Part shown: in pieces, positions 52,640 through 62,051 of the stretch | How the letters are laid out: each line of letters begins with the position of its first letter | Numbering within the stretch: the stretch's first letter is position 1 | Source: Thermoleophilia bacterium | Lineage (GTDB): Bacteria; Actinomycetota; Thermoleophilia; RBG-16-64-13 | DNA: 64,000 bases | Assembly (NCBI GenBank): GCA_027493445.1 | Contig: JAOSKU010000001.1 | Coordinates: 3,609,845 to 3,673,844 of the forward strand | Direction of reading: 5' to 3' | Program-made: the position numbers and the translations under genes | Notes under the pieces: generated by a model | Seen by the model: the letters and a program-made list of their open reading frames with translations, nothing else | What the model was told of the DNA's origin: nothing | Databases searched by the model: none

Positions 52640-53954
52640 GCGGAGTTACTGGAACGAGCGGATGGAGACGGTGTCCCCCGAGGAGTTCCGGCGGGTGCAG
52701 GAGGCGGCGCTCTCGCGCCAGCTCGACTACCTGTGGGAGCACTCGGACTTCTACCAGGCCAAATGGGCGGCCGCCGGCCTCGAACGGGGCGACGTGACCG
52801 GTCTCGACGACCTGGCCAAGCTGCCGTTCACCGAGAAGAGCGAGCTGCGCGACAGCCTCGCCCAGCATCCACCGTTGGGGAGTCACCGGGCCTGCGCGTT
52901 GGATGATGTGATCCGCGTCTACTCCACCAGCGGCACCACCGGCAATCCCACCTACATCGGTCTCACCGCTCACGACCGCGACGTCTGGATGGAGACCGCC
53001 AACCGGGCCATGTGGTCGTGCCGCATGCGGCCGGAGCATGTGGTACCGCTGCCCATCGGCACCTTCTTCATCGCCGCCTCCTACGGCGAGGCCATCGAGC
53101 ATCTTGGCGCCATGCTGGTGCCGGTGGGGGTGGGAGCCACCGACCGCTTCCTCGGGGCCGTGCGCAACCTGAGGGCCGACTTCGTGCTCTCCACCGCCTC
53201 GTTCCCGCTCTATCTCATCGACTACTGCGAAGGCAAAGGCATCGACACGCGTAGGCTTGGCATCAAGGGCTTCATGGTGGGGGGTGAGCCCGGCGGAGGC
53301 ATCCCGCAGGTGCGGCGGCGGATCGAGGACGCCTTCGGGGCCACGGTGCGGGAGTGCATGGGCAACGGCGACATGCTCGGGCTAATTTGGGCGGAATGCG
53401 AGGCGGGGCCGGGCATGCATTTCATCGGCCAGGGCGCCTGCCATCCCGAGATCATCGACCCAGAGACCGGTGAGTCGCTCGAGATCCGCCAGGGCCTCAC
53501 CGGCGAGCTCGTTTACACCTCCCTCGACCGCGAGTGCCAACCCCTGGTCCGCTTCCGCACCCGCGACCACGTGCTGGTGGTGCGCATGGAGTGCGAGTGC
53601 GGGCGCACAGGCGTCGCCGTTAGCTGCATCGGCCGGACCGACGACATGCTCATCGTGTCCGGGGTGAACGTGTACCCGGCCGCGGTGCGTGACGTGATCG
53701 GCGGGTTCCAGCCGCGCATCACCGGTGAGTTGGTGATCGAGCTTCACGAGAAACCGCCCACCGTGAGGCCGCCCATGAAGATCCGGGTGGAACACGGCCC
53801 CGAGCCCGGCGATCTGGCCCAACTCAAGAGGGAGATCGAGCACCTCCTGCGGGAGAAGCTCATATTCCCGAGCGACGTAACGCTGGTGCCGGCGGGGACC
53901 CTGCCGAAGTTCGAGTACAAGGCCAAGCTCACCGAGGCGCACTACGAGGAGTGA
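52623..53954 (+). CDS. paaK: Phenylacetate-CoA ligase-like adenylate-forming enzyme (PaaK / F390-synthetase family)
   Basis: YSTSGTTGNPTY AMP-binding motif. N-terminal EEFRRVQEAALSRQLDYLWEHSDFYQ. C-terminal VSGVNVYPAAV. Confidence 0.85.
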   Translation: MLVTPERSYWNERMETVSPEEFRRVQEAALSRQLDYLWEHSDFYQAKWAAAGLERGDVTGLDDLAKLPFTEKSELRDSLAQHPPLGSHRACALDDVIRVYSTSGTTGNPTYIGLTAHDRDVWMETANRAMWSCRMRPEHVVPLPIGTFFIAASYGEAIEHLGAMLVPVGVGATDRFLGAVRNLRADFVLSTASFPLYLIDYCEGKGIDTRRLGIKGFMVGGEPGGGIPQVRRRIEDAFGATVRECMGNGDMLGLIWAECEAGPGMHFIGQGACHPEIIDPETGESLEIRQGLTGELVYTSLDRECQPLVRFRTRDHVLVVRMECECGRTGVAVSCIGRTDDMLIVSGVNVYPAAVRDVIGGFQPRITGELVIELHEKPPTVRPPMKIRVEHGPEPGDLAQLKREIEHLLREKLIFPSDVTLVPAGTLPKFEYKAKLTEAHYEE

Positions 53955-53962
53955 GCCGGATT

Positions 53963-54709
53963 CTACAACCGCAGGGCGTTCTTGAGCTCGGGGAGCGCCC
54001 GGCGCGACACCGGCACTTCCTGGAGCCGGCCCGCCCGCAGGCGGAGCTCGTACTTGGAGGGGCTCACCACCTCGATCTTCTCGATCATGCGCAGGTTGAT
54101 GATGAACGAGCGATGCACGCGTAGGAAGGGCGGGTGGGGAAGGAGCTCCTCCAGCTCGGCGAGGGAGTAGCTGCTCGAGAGCAGGGATTCGGTGGACGTG
54201 TGCACGCGGCAGTACTGACGCTCGGCCTCGAACACGACGATGTCCTCGAGCGGCAGGAGCTTGATGGTGTCCGCGGAGTGCCGTACCGGGAAAAGGTCGA
54301 TGAGGCCCCTGGGCGGCGGTACGAGGTTGGCCTCCGCCGCGTGGAAGAACTCTAGCAGGTGGGCCATCGCCAGACCGAAGCGCTGCGGCGGAACCGGCTT
54401 CAGCAGGTAATCGTGGGCCGCCACCTCGAAGGCTCGCAGCGCGAACTCCTCGTAGGCTGTGACGAAGATGATGTAGGGTCGCGGATGGAGCCGGCTCGCC
54501 GTCTCGGCGACCGTGATGCCGTTGTCGCCGGGCAGGTTGACGTCCAGGAACAGGATGTCGAACGGCCTTTCCCGCAAGAACCGCTGGGCCTCGGCGGCAT
54601 TCCCGGCCTCCGCGCCCACTTCTATCATGGGGAACGACAGCAGCAGATGCCTGATCTCTCTGCGGGCGAATGGTTCGTCGTCAACGACGAGCGCTATCAG
54701 CGGGCGCAA
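53963..54709 (-). CDS. LytTR-family response regulator
   Basis: REC domain (LIALVVDDEP, phospho-acceptor D in ILFLDVNLP) plus a C-terminal LytTR domain (FLRVHRSFIIN). Confidence 0.9.
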   Translation of the reverse strand: MRPLIALVVDDEPFARREIRHLLLSFPMIEVGAEAGNAAEAQRFLRERPFDILFLDVNLPGDNGITVAETASRLHPRPYIIFVTAYEEFALRAFEVAAHDYLLKPVPPQRFGLAMAHLLEFFHAAEANLVPPPRGLIDLFPVRHSADTIKLLPLEDIVVFEAERQYCRVHTSTESLLSSSYSLAELEELLPHPPFLRVHRSFIINLRMIEKIEVVSPSKYELRLRAGRLQEVPVSRRALPELKNALRL

Positions 54710-56047
54710 GATCCCTCCTCGTGCGGTTGTCGGAATCGGCTCGGGTCGCGGGCAGCGAGACGATCAGTCTCAGACCGGGGGCCCTGTTCTCGACGGTCAG
54801 ATTCCCCTGCTCGCCGGCGAGCGCCTGGAGCCGGCGCCTGGTGTTGCGTATGCCCACTCCTTCGCGGAGGTCGCTGGACTCGTCCAGGAGCTCGGCCAGC
54901 TCGGCGTCCGTCAGCCCATGCCCGTCGTCCTCCACCTCTACTCTCAGCCTTTGGTCGGCGAGGCGCGCCCGCGCGATGATCCGGATGTGGCTCCCCTGCA
55001 GGCCATGGATGATGCAGTTCTCCACCAGCGGCTGGAGGATCAGGACCGGCACCAGGCAGTGCATCGTCTCCGAATCGACCTCTTCGTGGTAGCTGATCAC
55101 ATCGGGGAAGCGGATGCTCTCGATCTCCAGGTACTCGCGTACGAGGGAGAGCTCCTCTTGGAGAGTGATGTACTCCGTGCGGATGCGGAACGTGCGCCGG
55201 AGCAGCGAGCTGAGACGCAGCACCACCGTCCGGGCCACCTGCGGGTCGACGACGCAGGCGGAGCTGATGGTGTTGAGGACGTTGAAGATGAAGTGCGGGT
55301 GGATCTGGGCCTTCAGCGCCCGCATCTGGGCCTCGGTGGCCATCTGCCGCTGCACTTCGATCTCGTTGAGCTCGAGTTGGGTGGAGAGAAGGCGGGAGAG
55401 GCCCTCGGCCAGGACCCGGTCTTCCTCGCCTATGGTATCGCGGGCCGTGCGGTAGAACTTCATCGTACCGGCCGACTTACCCGACACCACCAGCGGGGCG
55501 ATCACCCCGCAGGCGAGGCGGCAGCTGGGGTAGGCGCAGCGGATCTCCTCCGGGCTGTGAGCCATCGCCACGCGCATGTCCCGCAGAGCGGTGCGGGTGG
55601 CCTCGGTGGCGACCAGGTCGCCCCTAAGGTGGTGCTCAGCTTCGGCTCCCTCAAAGGCCAGGATGCGCTCGGTGTTGGTGATGGCAATGGCATCGAAGTC
55701 GAGCTCGCGGAAGAGCACCCGTACCAGGTCGCCGGCCGACCCGGGACCGAGTCCGGTCCTCAATATCGGCAGCGACATCTCCACGATGGCGAGTATGGTG
55801 CGTGCCCGCTCGTCGTGCCGATCACCCGTGGGGGGCGGGGCAGTTCGCGCGAGCGCCGCGCCGGAAGGCAGGGTGAGAACAGCCACGATCGCGAGGGCCA
55901 GAGCAAGGGGGGCGACGACAAAGAGGCCGGATGACTGGCGCGCAGCAAGAAGGAGTACCACCAATGCCGCTCCCGCGACGGCGAACATCGCCCAGCGGCC
56001 TCGTGGAGTCCGGCGCAGCTCACCCAGCGCAACGATGATCTTCGGCA
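54681..56047 (-). CDS. LytS/YehU-type sensor histidine kinase
   Basis: His_kinase block QIHPHFIFNVLNTISS and HATPase block (ENCIIHG...DDGHGL). N-terminal TM segments. ATG at 56047 follows GGGGGA. It overlaps the response regulator by 29 nt. The longer ORF extension upstream looks non-coding. Confidence 0.8.
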
Positions 56048-56240
56048 TGAGTCCCCCTGGCGAGCGCGAAGGGATGGCGATTCGGACGTTCCCCGACCTT
56101 GTGATTGTACAATACTCGCGGACGAGGTTTCCCCTCGCTGGGTGTCGGCCTACCCGCTGCGGGCGACGCGGATCACCCGGCACGAATTGCGTCACCTGGT
56201 ATGATGTACAGAACAATGTACATATACGTGCGGGGGCCCT

Positions 56241-56504
56241 GTGATGCGCCAGACCACATTCTCCGAGCTCAGACGACATGCCAAGGACTACTTCGATGCA
56301 GTGGAGGAGGGCGACGTGGTGCGTGTGTATCGAAACGGTCGTCCGATCGCCGACATCGTACCCATCCCGGCCGCGGAACCGGCTTGGAAACGTCCCGTTG
56401 CGCGATTGGCGGTGCGGGGAGGGCTGGCATCCCAAGCGGTCATCCAAGGACGGGCGGAAGGGTCGGTGAAGGACCCTGCTCCCGGCTCTGGCGGAAGACC
56501 GTGA
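56241..56504 (+). CDS. Phd/YefM-type antitoxin (VapB partner)
   Basis: MMRQTTFSELRRHAKDYFDAVEEGDVVRVYRNGRPIADIVPI is the Phd/YefM fold signature. It lies immediately upstream of the PIN gene. Confidence 0.6.
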   Translation: MMRQTTFSELRRHAKDYFDAVEEGDVVRVYRNGRPIADIVPIPAAEPAWKRPVARLAVRGGLASQAVIQGRAEGSVKDPAPGSGGRP

Positions 56505-56513
56505 GGGTTCTGG

Positions 56514-56927
56514 ATGAGGATGTTCTTCGACACGTCTGCCTTGGTGAAGCGATACATCGAAGAGCCGGAGAGCGACACCGTCGCCCGACTCCTCGAAGGC
56601 GCGGAGAGCCTCATCGTGTCGGCCCTCTTCCTGCCAGAGTGCGTGTCGGCCTTCCGGCGCCTGGTCCGCGAAGGCCGCCTGTCGCCTCGGGAGTACGAGC
56701 AGCTGAAGGGTACGGTGCTGGCGGACCTGGCTGACGCGATCATCTGTCACGTCGTGCCTGAGGTGGTCGACCTCGCCGTCGATTGTCTGGAGCGTCACGC
56801 TTTGCGCACTCTGGACGCGATGCAGCTCGGGTGCGCGCGTGCTGTGGGTCCCGATCTCTTCGTCACCGCAGATCGGCGGCAGGAGGTGGCCGCCGCCGCA
56901 GACGGCCTTGCCGTCAAGCTGGTGTAG
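56514..56927 (+). CDS. vapC: VapC PIN-domain toxin
   Basis: MRMFFDTSALVKRYIEEPE...LGCARAVGPDLFVTADRR. The conserved PIN acidic residues are present. Confidence 0.8.
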   Translation: MRMFFDTSALVKRYIEEPESDTVARLLEGAESLIVSALFLPECVSAFRRLVREGRLSPREYEQLKGTVLADLADAIICHVVPEVVDLAVDCLERHALRTLDAMQLGCARAVGPDLFVTADRRQEVAAAADGLAVKLV

Positions 56928-56971
56928 CGGTAGGGGTCAGGCGCTCCCGTTCGGCCGTGACCGGCCCCACC

Positions 56972-59731
56972 CTACGGCACCACCAGGGTCGCGGTGCTCC
57001 CCCGCGGCCCCGGCGTGATCTCCAGGCGGCAGTCGATCCGCTCCCGCAGTTCCGGCACGTGGGAGATGACGCCCACCAGCCGTCCGTGCTCGCGGAGATC
57101 GAGGAGCGTCTCGATGGCCGCGTCGAGGGCCTCTTGATCGAGGGTACCGAAGCCCTCGTCGATGAACACCGTGTCCAGGCGGATGCCCCCGGAGAAGTTT
57201 TGCACCACTTCGGCGAGCCCCAGTGCGAGCGCCAAGCTCGCGAGGAACCCCTCGCCCCCCGACAGCGTGCTCGCGGGCCGGTCGAGGCCGGTGAACTCGT
57301 CGAACACCTCCACGTCCAGGCCGCCCACGCGGCGGCCGTCCGCCGGGCCTGCCGCCTGGTGCAGGCGATACCGCCCTCGGCTCATCTCGAGGAGGCGGCG
57401 CGTGGCCGCGACCAGCACCTCGTCCAGGAACGCGGCGAGCACCCAACGCTGGAACGTCATGGTCTTGGAGGAGGCGGTATCGGCCAGCAGCGCGATCACC
57501 GAGTACTCGTTCTCGAGAGCGGCGTATTCGGCGTGGAGCTGCTGGACGCGCCCGAGTGTCTTCTTCAGCGACTCGTGGCGTTCCAGCGTTCGCGTGGCCT
57601 CCGTGAAAGCCGTCTCCCAGGCCTGGCGGGCAACGAAGGCGTCGTGTTCGAGCGAGGGGAGATCGGGCGGCACGACACCCGCCACCGTTCTCTCCGCCTT
57701 CTCGGCGTACGCGGCCTCTCTCGCACGGAGTGCTTCGGCCTGCGCGAGCGCGTTCGCAGCCTCGCGCTCGGTCGCCGCGGCCCGATCCAGGGCTCCGTCG
57801 AGGTGACCCAGGCGGGTCTCCGCCTCCGCCAGTGCCGCGGCCAGGACGCCGGGCGGCCGGTACTCCTCGGGGACATCCCGCTCGCGAGCCTCGACCGTGC
57901 CTTCGAGCGTGCTCACGGCCGTCTTCTGCGTCTCCAAGACCGCTTCTGCCTGCTGCTTGTCGCCGGCGGCCCGCTCGGCCGAAAGCCGGGCCGTCTCCTC
58001 GCGTTCCTCGTGGCCGGGTGGTAGTTCGGCGGCGGTCTCCAGCTGGTCCACGAGCGTGCCCCTCTCGGCGACCCGCGCCTGCTGCTCGCGGATCCTCAAG
58101 GCCAAGGCCGCCGCGGTGAGGGTGCCGTCATCGCCGAGCGCGCCGGCCGCGTCGGCACGCCGAGCGCGGAGGCCCTCGACGGCGGTGCGGGCTCCGGACC
58201 CCTGCTCACGGAAAGCGTCGGCCGTCGCGCGGAGACTCTCGACGTGGGCCTTGGCGAGCTCGAGGTCTTCCGTGGAAACGAGCGCGCCCGCCGCGTGGGC
58301 GGGCAGCGGGTGTTCCGTCGAGCCGCAGACCGGGCACGGCTCGCCCTCCACGAGGGTGGAGGCCAACACCGCAGCCTGCCCGGCCCGCCACTCACTCTCG
58401 GCGGCGTCTAGGCCGGCGAGCGCGCGGTCGAGATCCCGCTGCGCCGTCTCCTGTGCACTCCGTGCCTGGGTCTCGGCCTCGCCGGCCCGCCGTATCTGCT
58501 CGTCGAGGTTCTGGAGGCTCGTGAGACCCCGCAGGCGGTCTTCCGCCAGTTCGAGCGCGGGGCGTTCAGCAGCCAGGCTCGACGCCGCCTGTTGTGCGGC
58601 GAGTCGCTGAGCCCGAAGCTCGTCCAGCGCGGCGGCGGCGGCCTGCGAACGCTCCTCCGCCGAGAGCACGGCCTTCTCCGACGCGTCCCGGTCGGCCCTC
58701 GCCTGTTCGAGTTCCGCCGTCCGTTGAGCGAGTTCGGCCACCTTGGGGCCGAGCTCCCGCAGGCGTGTCATGGTGGCACGCAGAGTCTCGCGCTCCGGAT
58801 CGCGGCCGCGCTCCTCGAGCAGTGCCGCCGAGGCCGTCTCCAGCTCGGTCTGCGCCCGGGTCACGCCGCCCTCCGCTTCGAGGCAGGCGGCGCGTGCGTT
58901 CTGCGCGGCTCGGATCAGATCCGCGACGGCCTTGCCTTCTTCCAGTGCCTTCTCGACCGCCTCCCTGGCGGATCTGGCCGTTCGCTCGGCTTCCGCGGCC
59001 GAGTCTCGGGTAACGGCCGCCGCCTCGATGAGGCCCTCGAGCCCTTCCTTCGTCTCCACCTCGTGGCCCCGGAGGGCCTCGTTCATGCGGCTCTCGAGCT
59101 CTTTGAGTCGTTGCGCCGCGCTCTTCTTCTTGCCCTTGAGGAACTCCTCGAACCCGCCGTACAGTTGGGCTCCGAACAGTTCCTCGAGTATCTGCTGGCG
59201 CTCGGAGGAGTTCGCCGACAGCAGTTCCCGGAACCTGCCCTGCGGCAGCATCACCACCTGCCGGAACTGTTCCACCGAGAAGCCGAGCAGGCCCTCGACG
59301 GCCTGCGTGACCGCCCGCGTGCCCGAAGCCAGCACGTCGCCGCTGTCATCGTCGCGATCCAGACCGGTTCGCCGCCACAGGGTGGCCGTCGGCTGCGCCT
59401 CGACCATCCCGCCGGAGCCACGCGCCGCCGGCCGTTCCTGTCTGGGGGTGCGTTCGACCCGGTACTTGTCCCCGCCGATGGCGAAGTCGAAGGAGAGTGC
59501 GGTGGGGTGATCGGGATCCGCGAATTGACTCCTCATCTGCTCGGCCGTGCGCTCGCTTCCGGTCGTCTGCCCGTAGAGCGCGACGGACATGGCATCGAGG
59601 ATGGAGGTCTTGCCCGCGCCGGTGGGGCCGTGGATAAGGAGGAAGGTGGAGTCGCCGAGCGCGCGGAAGTCGATGATTTGGGTGCCCGCGTAAGGGCCGA
59701 AGGCCTGCATGGTCAGGTGGAGGGGCCTCAT
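56972..59731 (-). CDS. sbcC: SbcC/Rad50-family DNA double-strand-break repair ATPase
   Basis: Walker A LIHGPTGAGKTSILDA. Long coiled coil with the zinc hook GEPCPVCGSTEHP. C-terminal signature and D-loop region (LSGGEGFLASLALAL...VFIDEGFGTLD). Confidence 0.9.
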   Translation of the reverse strand: MRPLHLTMQAFGPYAGTQIIDFRALGDSTFLLIHGPTGAGKTSILDAMSVALYGQTTGSERTAEQMRSQFADPDHPTALSFDFAIGGDKYRVERTPRQERPAARGSGGMVEAQPTATLWRRTGLDRDDDSGDVLASGTRAVTQAVEGLLGFSVEQFRQVVMLPQGRFRELLSANSSERQQILEELFGAQLYGGFEEFLKGKKKSAAQRLKELESRMNEALRGHEVETKEGLEGLIEAAAVTRDSAAEAERTARSAREAVEKALEEGKAVADLIRAAQNARAACLEAEGGVTRAQTELETASAALLEERGRDPERETLRATMTRLRELGPKVAELAQRTAELEQARADRDASEKAVLSAEERSQAAAAALDELRAQRLAAQQAASSLAAERPALELAEDRLRGLTSLQNLDEQIRRAGEAETQARSAQETAQRDLDRALAGLDAAESEWRAGQAAVLASTLVEGEPCPVCGSTEHPLPAHAAGALVSTEDLELAKAHVESLRATADAFREQGSGARTAVEGLRARRADAAGALGDDGTLTAAALALRIREQQARVAERGTLVDQLETAAELPPGHEEREETARLSAERAAGDKQQAEAVLETQKTAVSTLEGTVEARERDVPEEYRPPGVLAAALAEAETRLGHLDGALDRAAATEREAANALAQAEALRAREAAYAEKAERTVAGVVPPDLPSLEHDAFVARQAWETAFTEATRTLERHESLKKTLGRVQQLHAEYAALENEYSVIALLADTASSKTMTFQRWVLAAFLDEVLVAATRRLLEMSRGRYRLHQAAGPADGRRVGGLDVEVFDEFTGLDRPASTLSGGEGFLASLALALGLAEVVQNFSGGIRLDTVFIDEGFGTLDQEALDAAIETLLDLREHGRLVGVISHVPELRERIDCRLEITPGPRGSTATLVVP

Positions 59732-59733
59732 CG

Positions 59734-60897
59734 CTACGCCGACCTGCGCCCGCGCTCGAACTCCTGCACCACGTCGGCGAACACCGCCTGTTGGTCCGGC
59801 GACAGGGCTTCACCTGTGGTGTCCGTGAAGAATCGTTCGAACAAGTCGGCAAGACCGAGGCGCGCGATCTCTCCCGCCACCGGCCCGCCCGGACGGTTCT
59901 GGGGCGCCGTCGCTGTGGCCCGCGCCGCGTACATGACGTTGGGGAAGACGGCCCTCAGCCGCTCGAGTGGACTCGGGACCGGGAGCTCGTCGAGCAGGTC
60001 GACCCACAGATAGTCGTGCCGTCCGCCCGCAGGCGGGGCCGCGAGGAGATCACGGAGGCGGCCGCTGATCTTGCGGACGTCTCGCCGGACCGGGAGCTCG
60101 TACTCCTCGATGGTGGGAGCCATGGTGGGGGCCGCGCCGGTGATCTCGACGAGGGTGACGGATTTGCGGTGGTCGTGCTCGTCGAACGAGTACTTGAGCA
60201 GAGACCCCGAGTAGCGGACCCGCCGATCTGCCAGCGACTGCGGGCGGTGGAGATGGCCGAGGGCCACGTAGTCGAAGCCGTCGAACAGGGGGCAGCGACC
60301 TGGGCCGTGCCGCCCACGCTGAGAGGCCGTTCGGACTCGCTCGGCCTCCCCGGTGACGAACGCATGGGCCACCACGATGCTGCGCTCACCGGCGACTCCA
60401 GCCGCCCGGATTCGCCCGAGCATGGCCGCCATCGCCGCCTCGTGACCACGCACGCAGTCGTCCTCCAGCGCACAGGCCACTTCCGGGGGGTCCGCGTGCG
60501 GGAGGGCCCATATGCGCGCCGGCCCCGCGGGAGTGGACACGGATACGCCCACGGGGTCCGCCTCCACGGGGCCGGCCACGTGCAGCCCGCCTCGCGCCAG
60601 AAGGCGGCTGCCGAAGGCCAGGCGCGCGGGGCTGTCGTGGTTGCCGGCGATGACCACTACGGGCACCCGCACGCCGGTTACCAGCCGCGTGAGGGTCTCG
60701 TCGAGCAACGCCACCGCCTCTGCGGGGGGCAGGGACCGGTCGTAGACGTCGCCCGCGATCACGATCGCATCGGGACGGAGATCGGCGGCCAGCGCGCAGA
60801 ACTCCTCCAGGGCGTGGGCCTGATCCTCGATCAGGGAGGCCCCATAGAAGACCCGGCCCAGATGCCAGTCGGCCGTGTGCAGGAGACGCACCTTCAC
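59734..60897 (-). CDS. sbcD: SbcD/Mre11-family nuclease
   Basis: LLHTADWHLG phosphoesterase motif I and further calcineurin-like motifs (GNHD). GTG start at 60897 or 60891, next to GGAGG. The stop is 3 nt from the sbcC start. Confidence 0.85.
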   Translation of the reverse strand: MKVRLLHTADWHLGRVFYGASLIEDQAHALEEFCALAADLRPDAIVIAGDVYDRSLPPAEAVALLDETLTRLVTGVRVPVVVIAGNHDSPARLAFGSRLLARGGLHVAGPVEADPVGVSVSTPAGPARIWALPHADPPEVACALEDDCVRGHEAAMAAMLGRIRAAGVAGERSIVVAHAFVTGEAERVRTASQRGRHGPGRCPLFDGFDYVALGHLHRPQSLADRRVRYSGSLLKYSFDEHDHRKSVTLVEITGAAPTMAPTIEEYELPVRRDVRKISGRLRDLLAAPPAGGRHDYLWVDLLDELPVPSPLERLRAVFPNVMYAARATATAPQNRPGGPVAGEIARLGLADLFERFFTDTTGEALSPDQQAVFADVVQEFERGRRSA

Positions 60898-61118
60898 CTC
60901 CGGAGCTATCGGGGGGACACTGGTGGAACGATGCTGCAGCAGTGTAACGATCCTACACCACCGCTCGGACGGAACGGCGACACCGCTCGAACAGAACGGC
61001 GGGCGAGGTCGCACGCTCCGTCGCACCGGTGTACCATCACAAGGCCCGGCCTGTCGATCGGCGGGCGGCCCCGGGGGTGTGCGTGCGTCCCCGGAAGCGA
61101 TCGGGAAGCGGAGGCGGC

Positions 61119-62036
61119 ATGGCACGGAAGAAGCGAAGTCGGCGAACGGGCGGCGCGGGACCGCGCAAGGGCGAAGCCGGGGTGCGGTCGGGCGGGACCG
61201 GGACCGGCAGTAGTGGCGCCGGCGCCGGCCGGACGGGAGATCTCGCCGCCGGCGCCGGCGGCGGTGCCGGTCTCGACGGCTTCTGGGCCTGGGGCGCCCC
61301 GCCCCTCGAGCTGGACGGGCTCCCCACGATCGTCGGACCCGATCCCCTCTTGCCCAGCCCCACCGAGGCGGTCATGGCGGATATATCGGCGATGGTTGCC
61401 GGCCGCGAGTTCGGCAGCATCGAGGAGGCGAACGCCTTCCTGCGGGAGGCGACCACCGCCGGCCCCCTTCCTTCGGCCCTCCCGGCGACCCCTCTGGCCC
61501 GCGCACAGCAACTCGTCTACCGTGCCATGGATGTCGGCGGCAAGCAGCGCGTCGCTCTGGCCCGGAAGGCCCTCGGGTTCAGCAAGGACTGCGCCGACGC
61601 CCACATCATCCTGGCCACCGAGACCGCCCGGAACCAGCGTGAGGAGATGGAGCTCTTTCAGCAGGCGTTGGCGGCGGCGGAGCGGGCTCTGGAAGGCACC
61701 GGCTACGAGGAACACCTACCCCACCTGTGGGGGCACGTGCCCGGACGCCCCCTGCTTCGAGCCCTCTTCGGACTGGGCCTCGCCGAATGGGCGCGCGGTG
61801 CGCGCCTGGCCGCGGTGGAGCAGCTGCCCCGCATCCTGTCCCTGAACGAGCAAGACGCTCAGGGCGTGCGCTACTACCTGCTCGGCTGGCTGCTGGACAT
61901 CGACGAGCTCGTGCTTGCCCGGGAGCTCGTCGGGAGGTATCGGGAGAACACGGCCGTCTGGCTGTGGGGCGACGCCCTGCTAACCTTCAAGGAGAAAGGG
62001 CCGTCGTCCGGGCGCGCGAAACTGCGGAAGGCGTAA
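61119..62036 (+). CDS. Hypothetical protein with a basic Gly-rich N-terminus
   Basis: ATG 61119 follows GGAGG. The N-terminus is MARKKRSRRTGG..., then a Gly/Ala low-complexity region, then an alpha-helical domain. The gene is terminated by a single TAA. Confidence 0.45.
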   Translation: MARKKRSRRTGGAGPRKGEAGVRSGGTGTGSSGAGAGRTGDLAAGAGGGAGLDGFWAWGAPPLELDGLPTIVGPDPLLPSPTEAVMADISAMVAGREFGSIEEANAFLREATTAGPLPSALPATPLARAQQLVYRAMDVGGKQRVALARKALGFSKDCADAHIILATETARNQREEMELFQQALAAAERALEGTGYEEHLPHLWGHVPGRPLLRALFGLGLAEWARGARLAAVEQLPRILSLNEQDAQGVRYYLLGWLLDIDELVLARELVGRYRENTAVWLWGDALLTFKEKGPSSGRAKLRKA

Positions 62037-62051
62037 CGGGCGAACCCACAT

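Noticed and set aside
54513-55934. 473-aa plus-strand ORF
   Set aside because: It is antisense to the LytS-type histidine kinase.
58592-61845. Long plus-strand ORFs (473 aa and 684 aa) across sbcC and sbcD
   Set aside because: They are antisense to genes with clear Rad50 and Mre11 motifs. The products are Arg/Gly/Pro-rich with no motifs.
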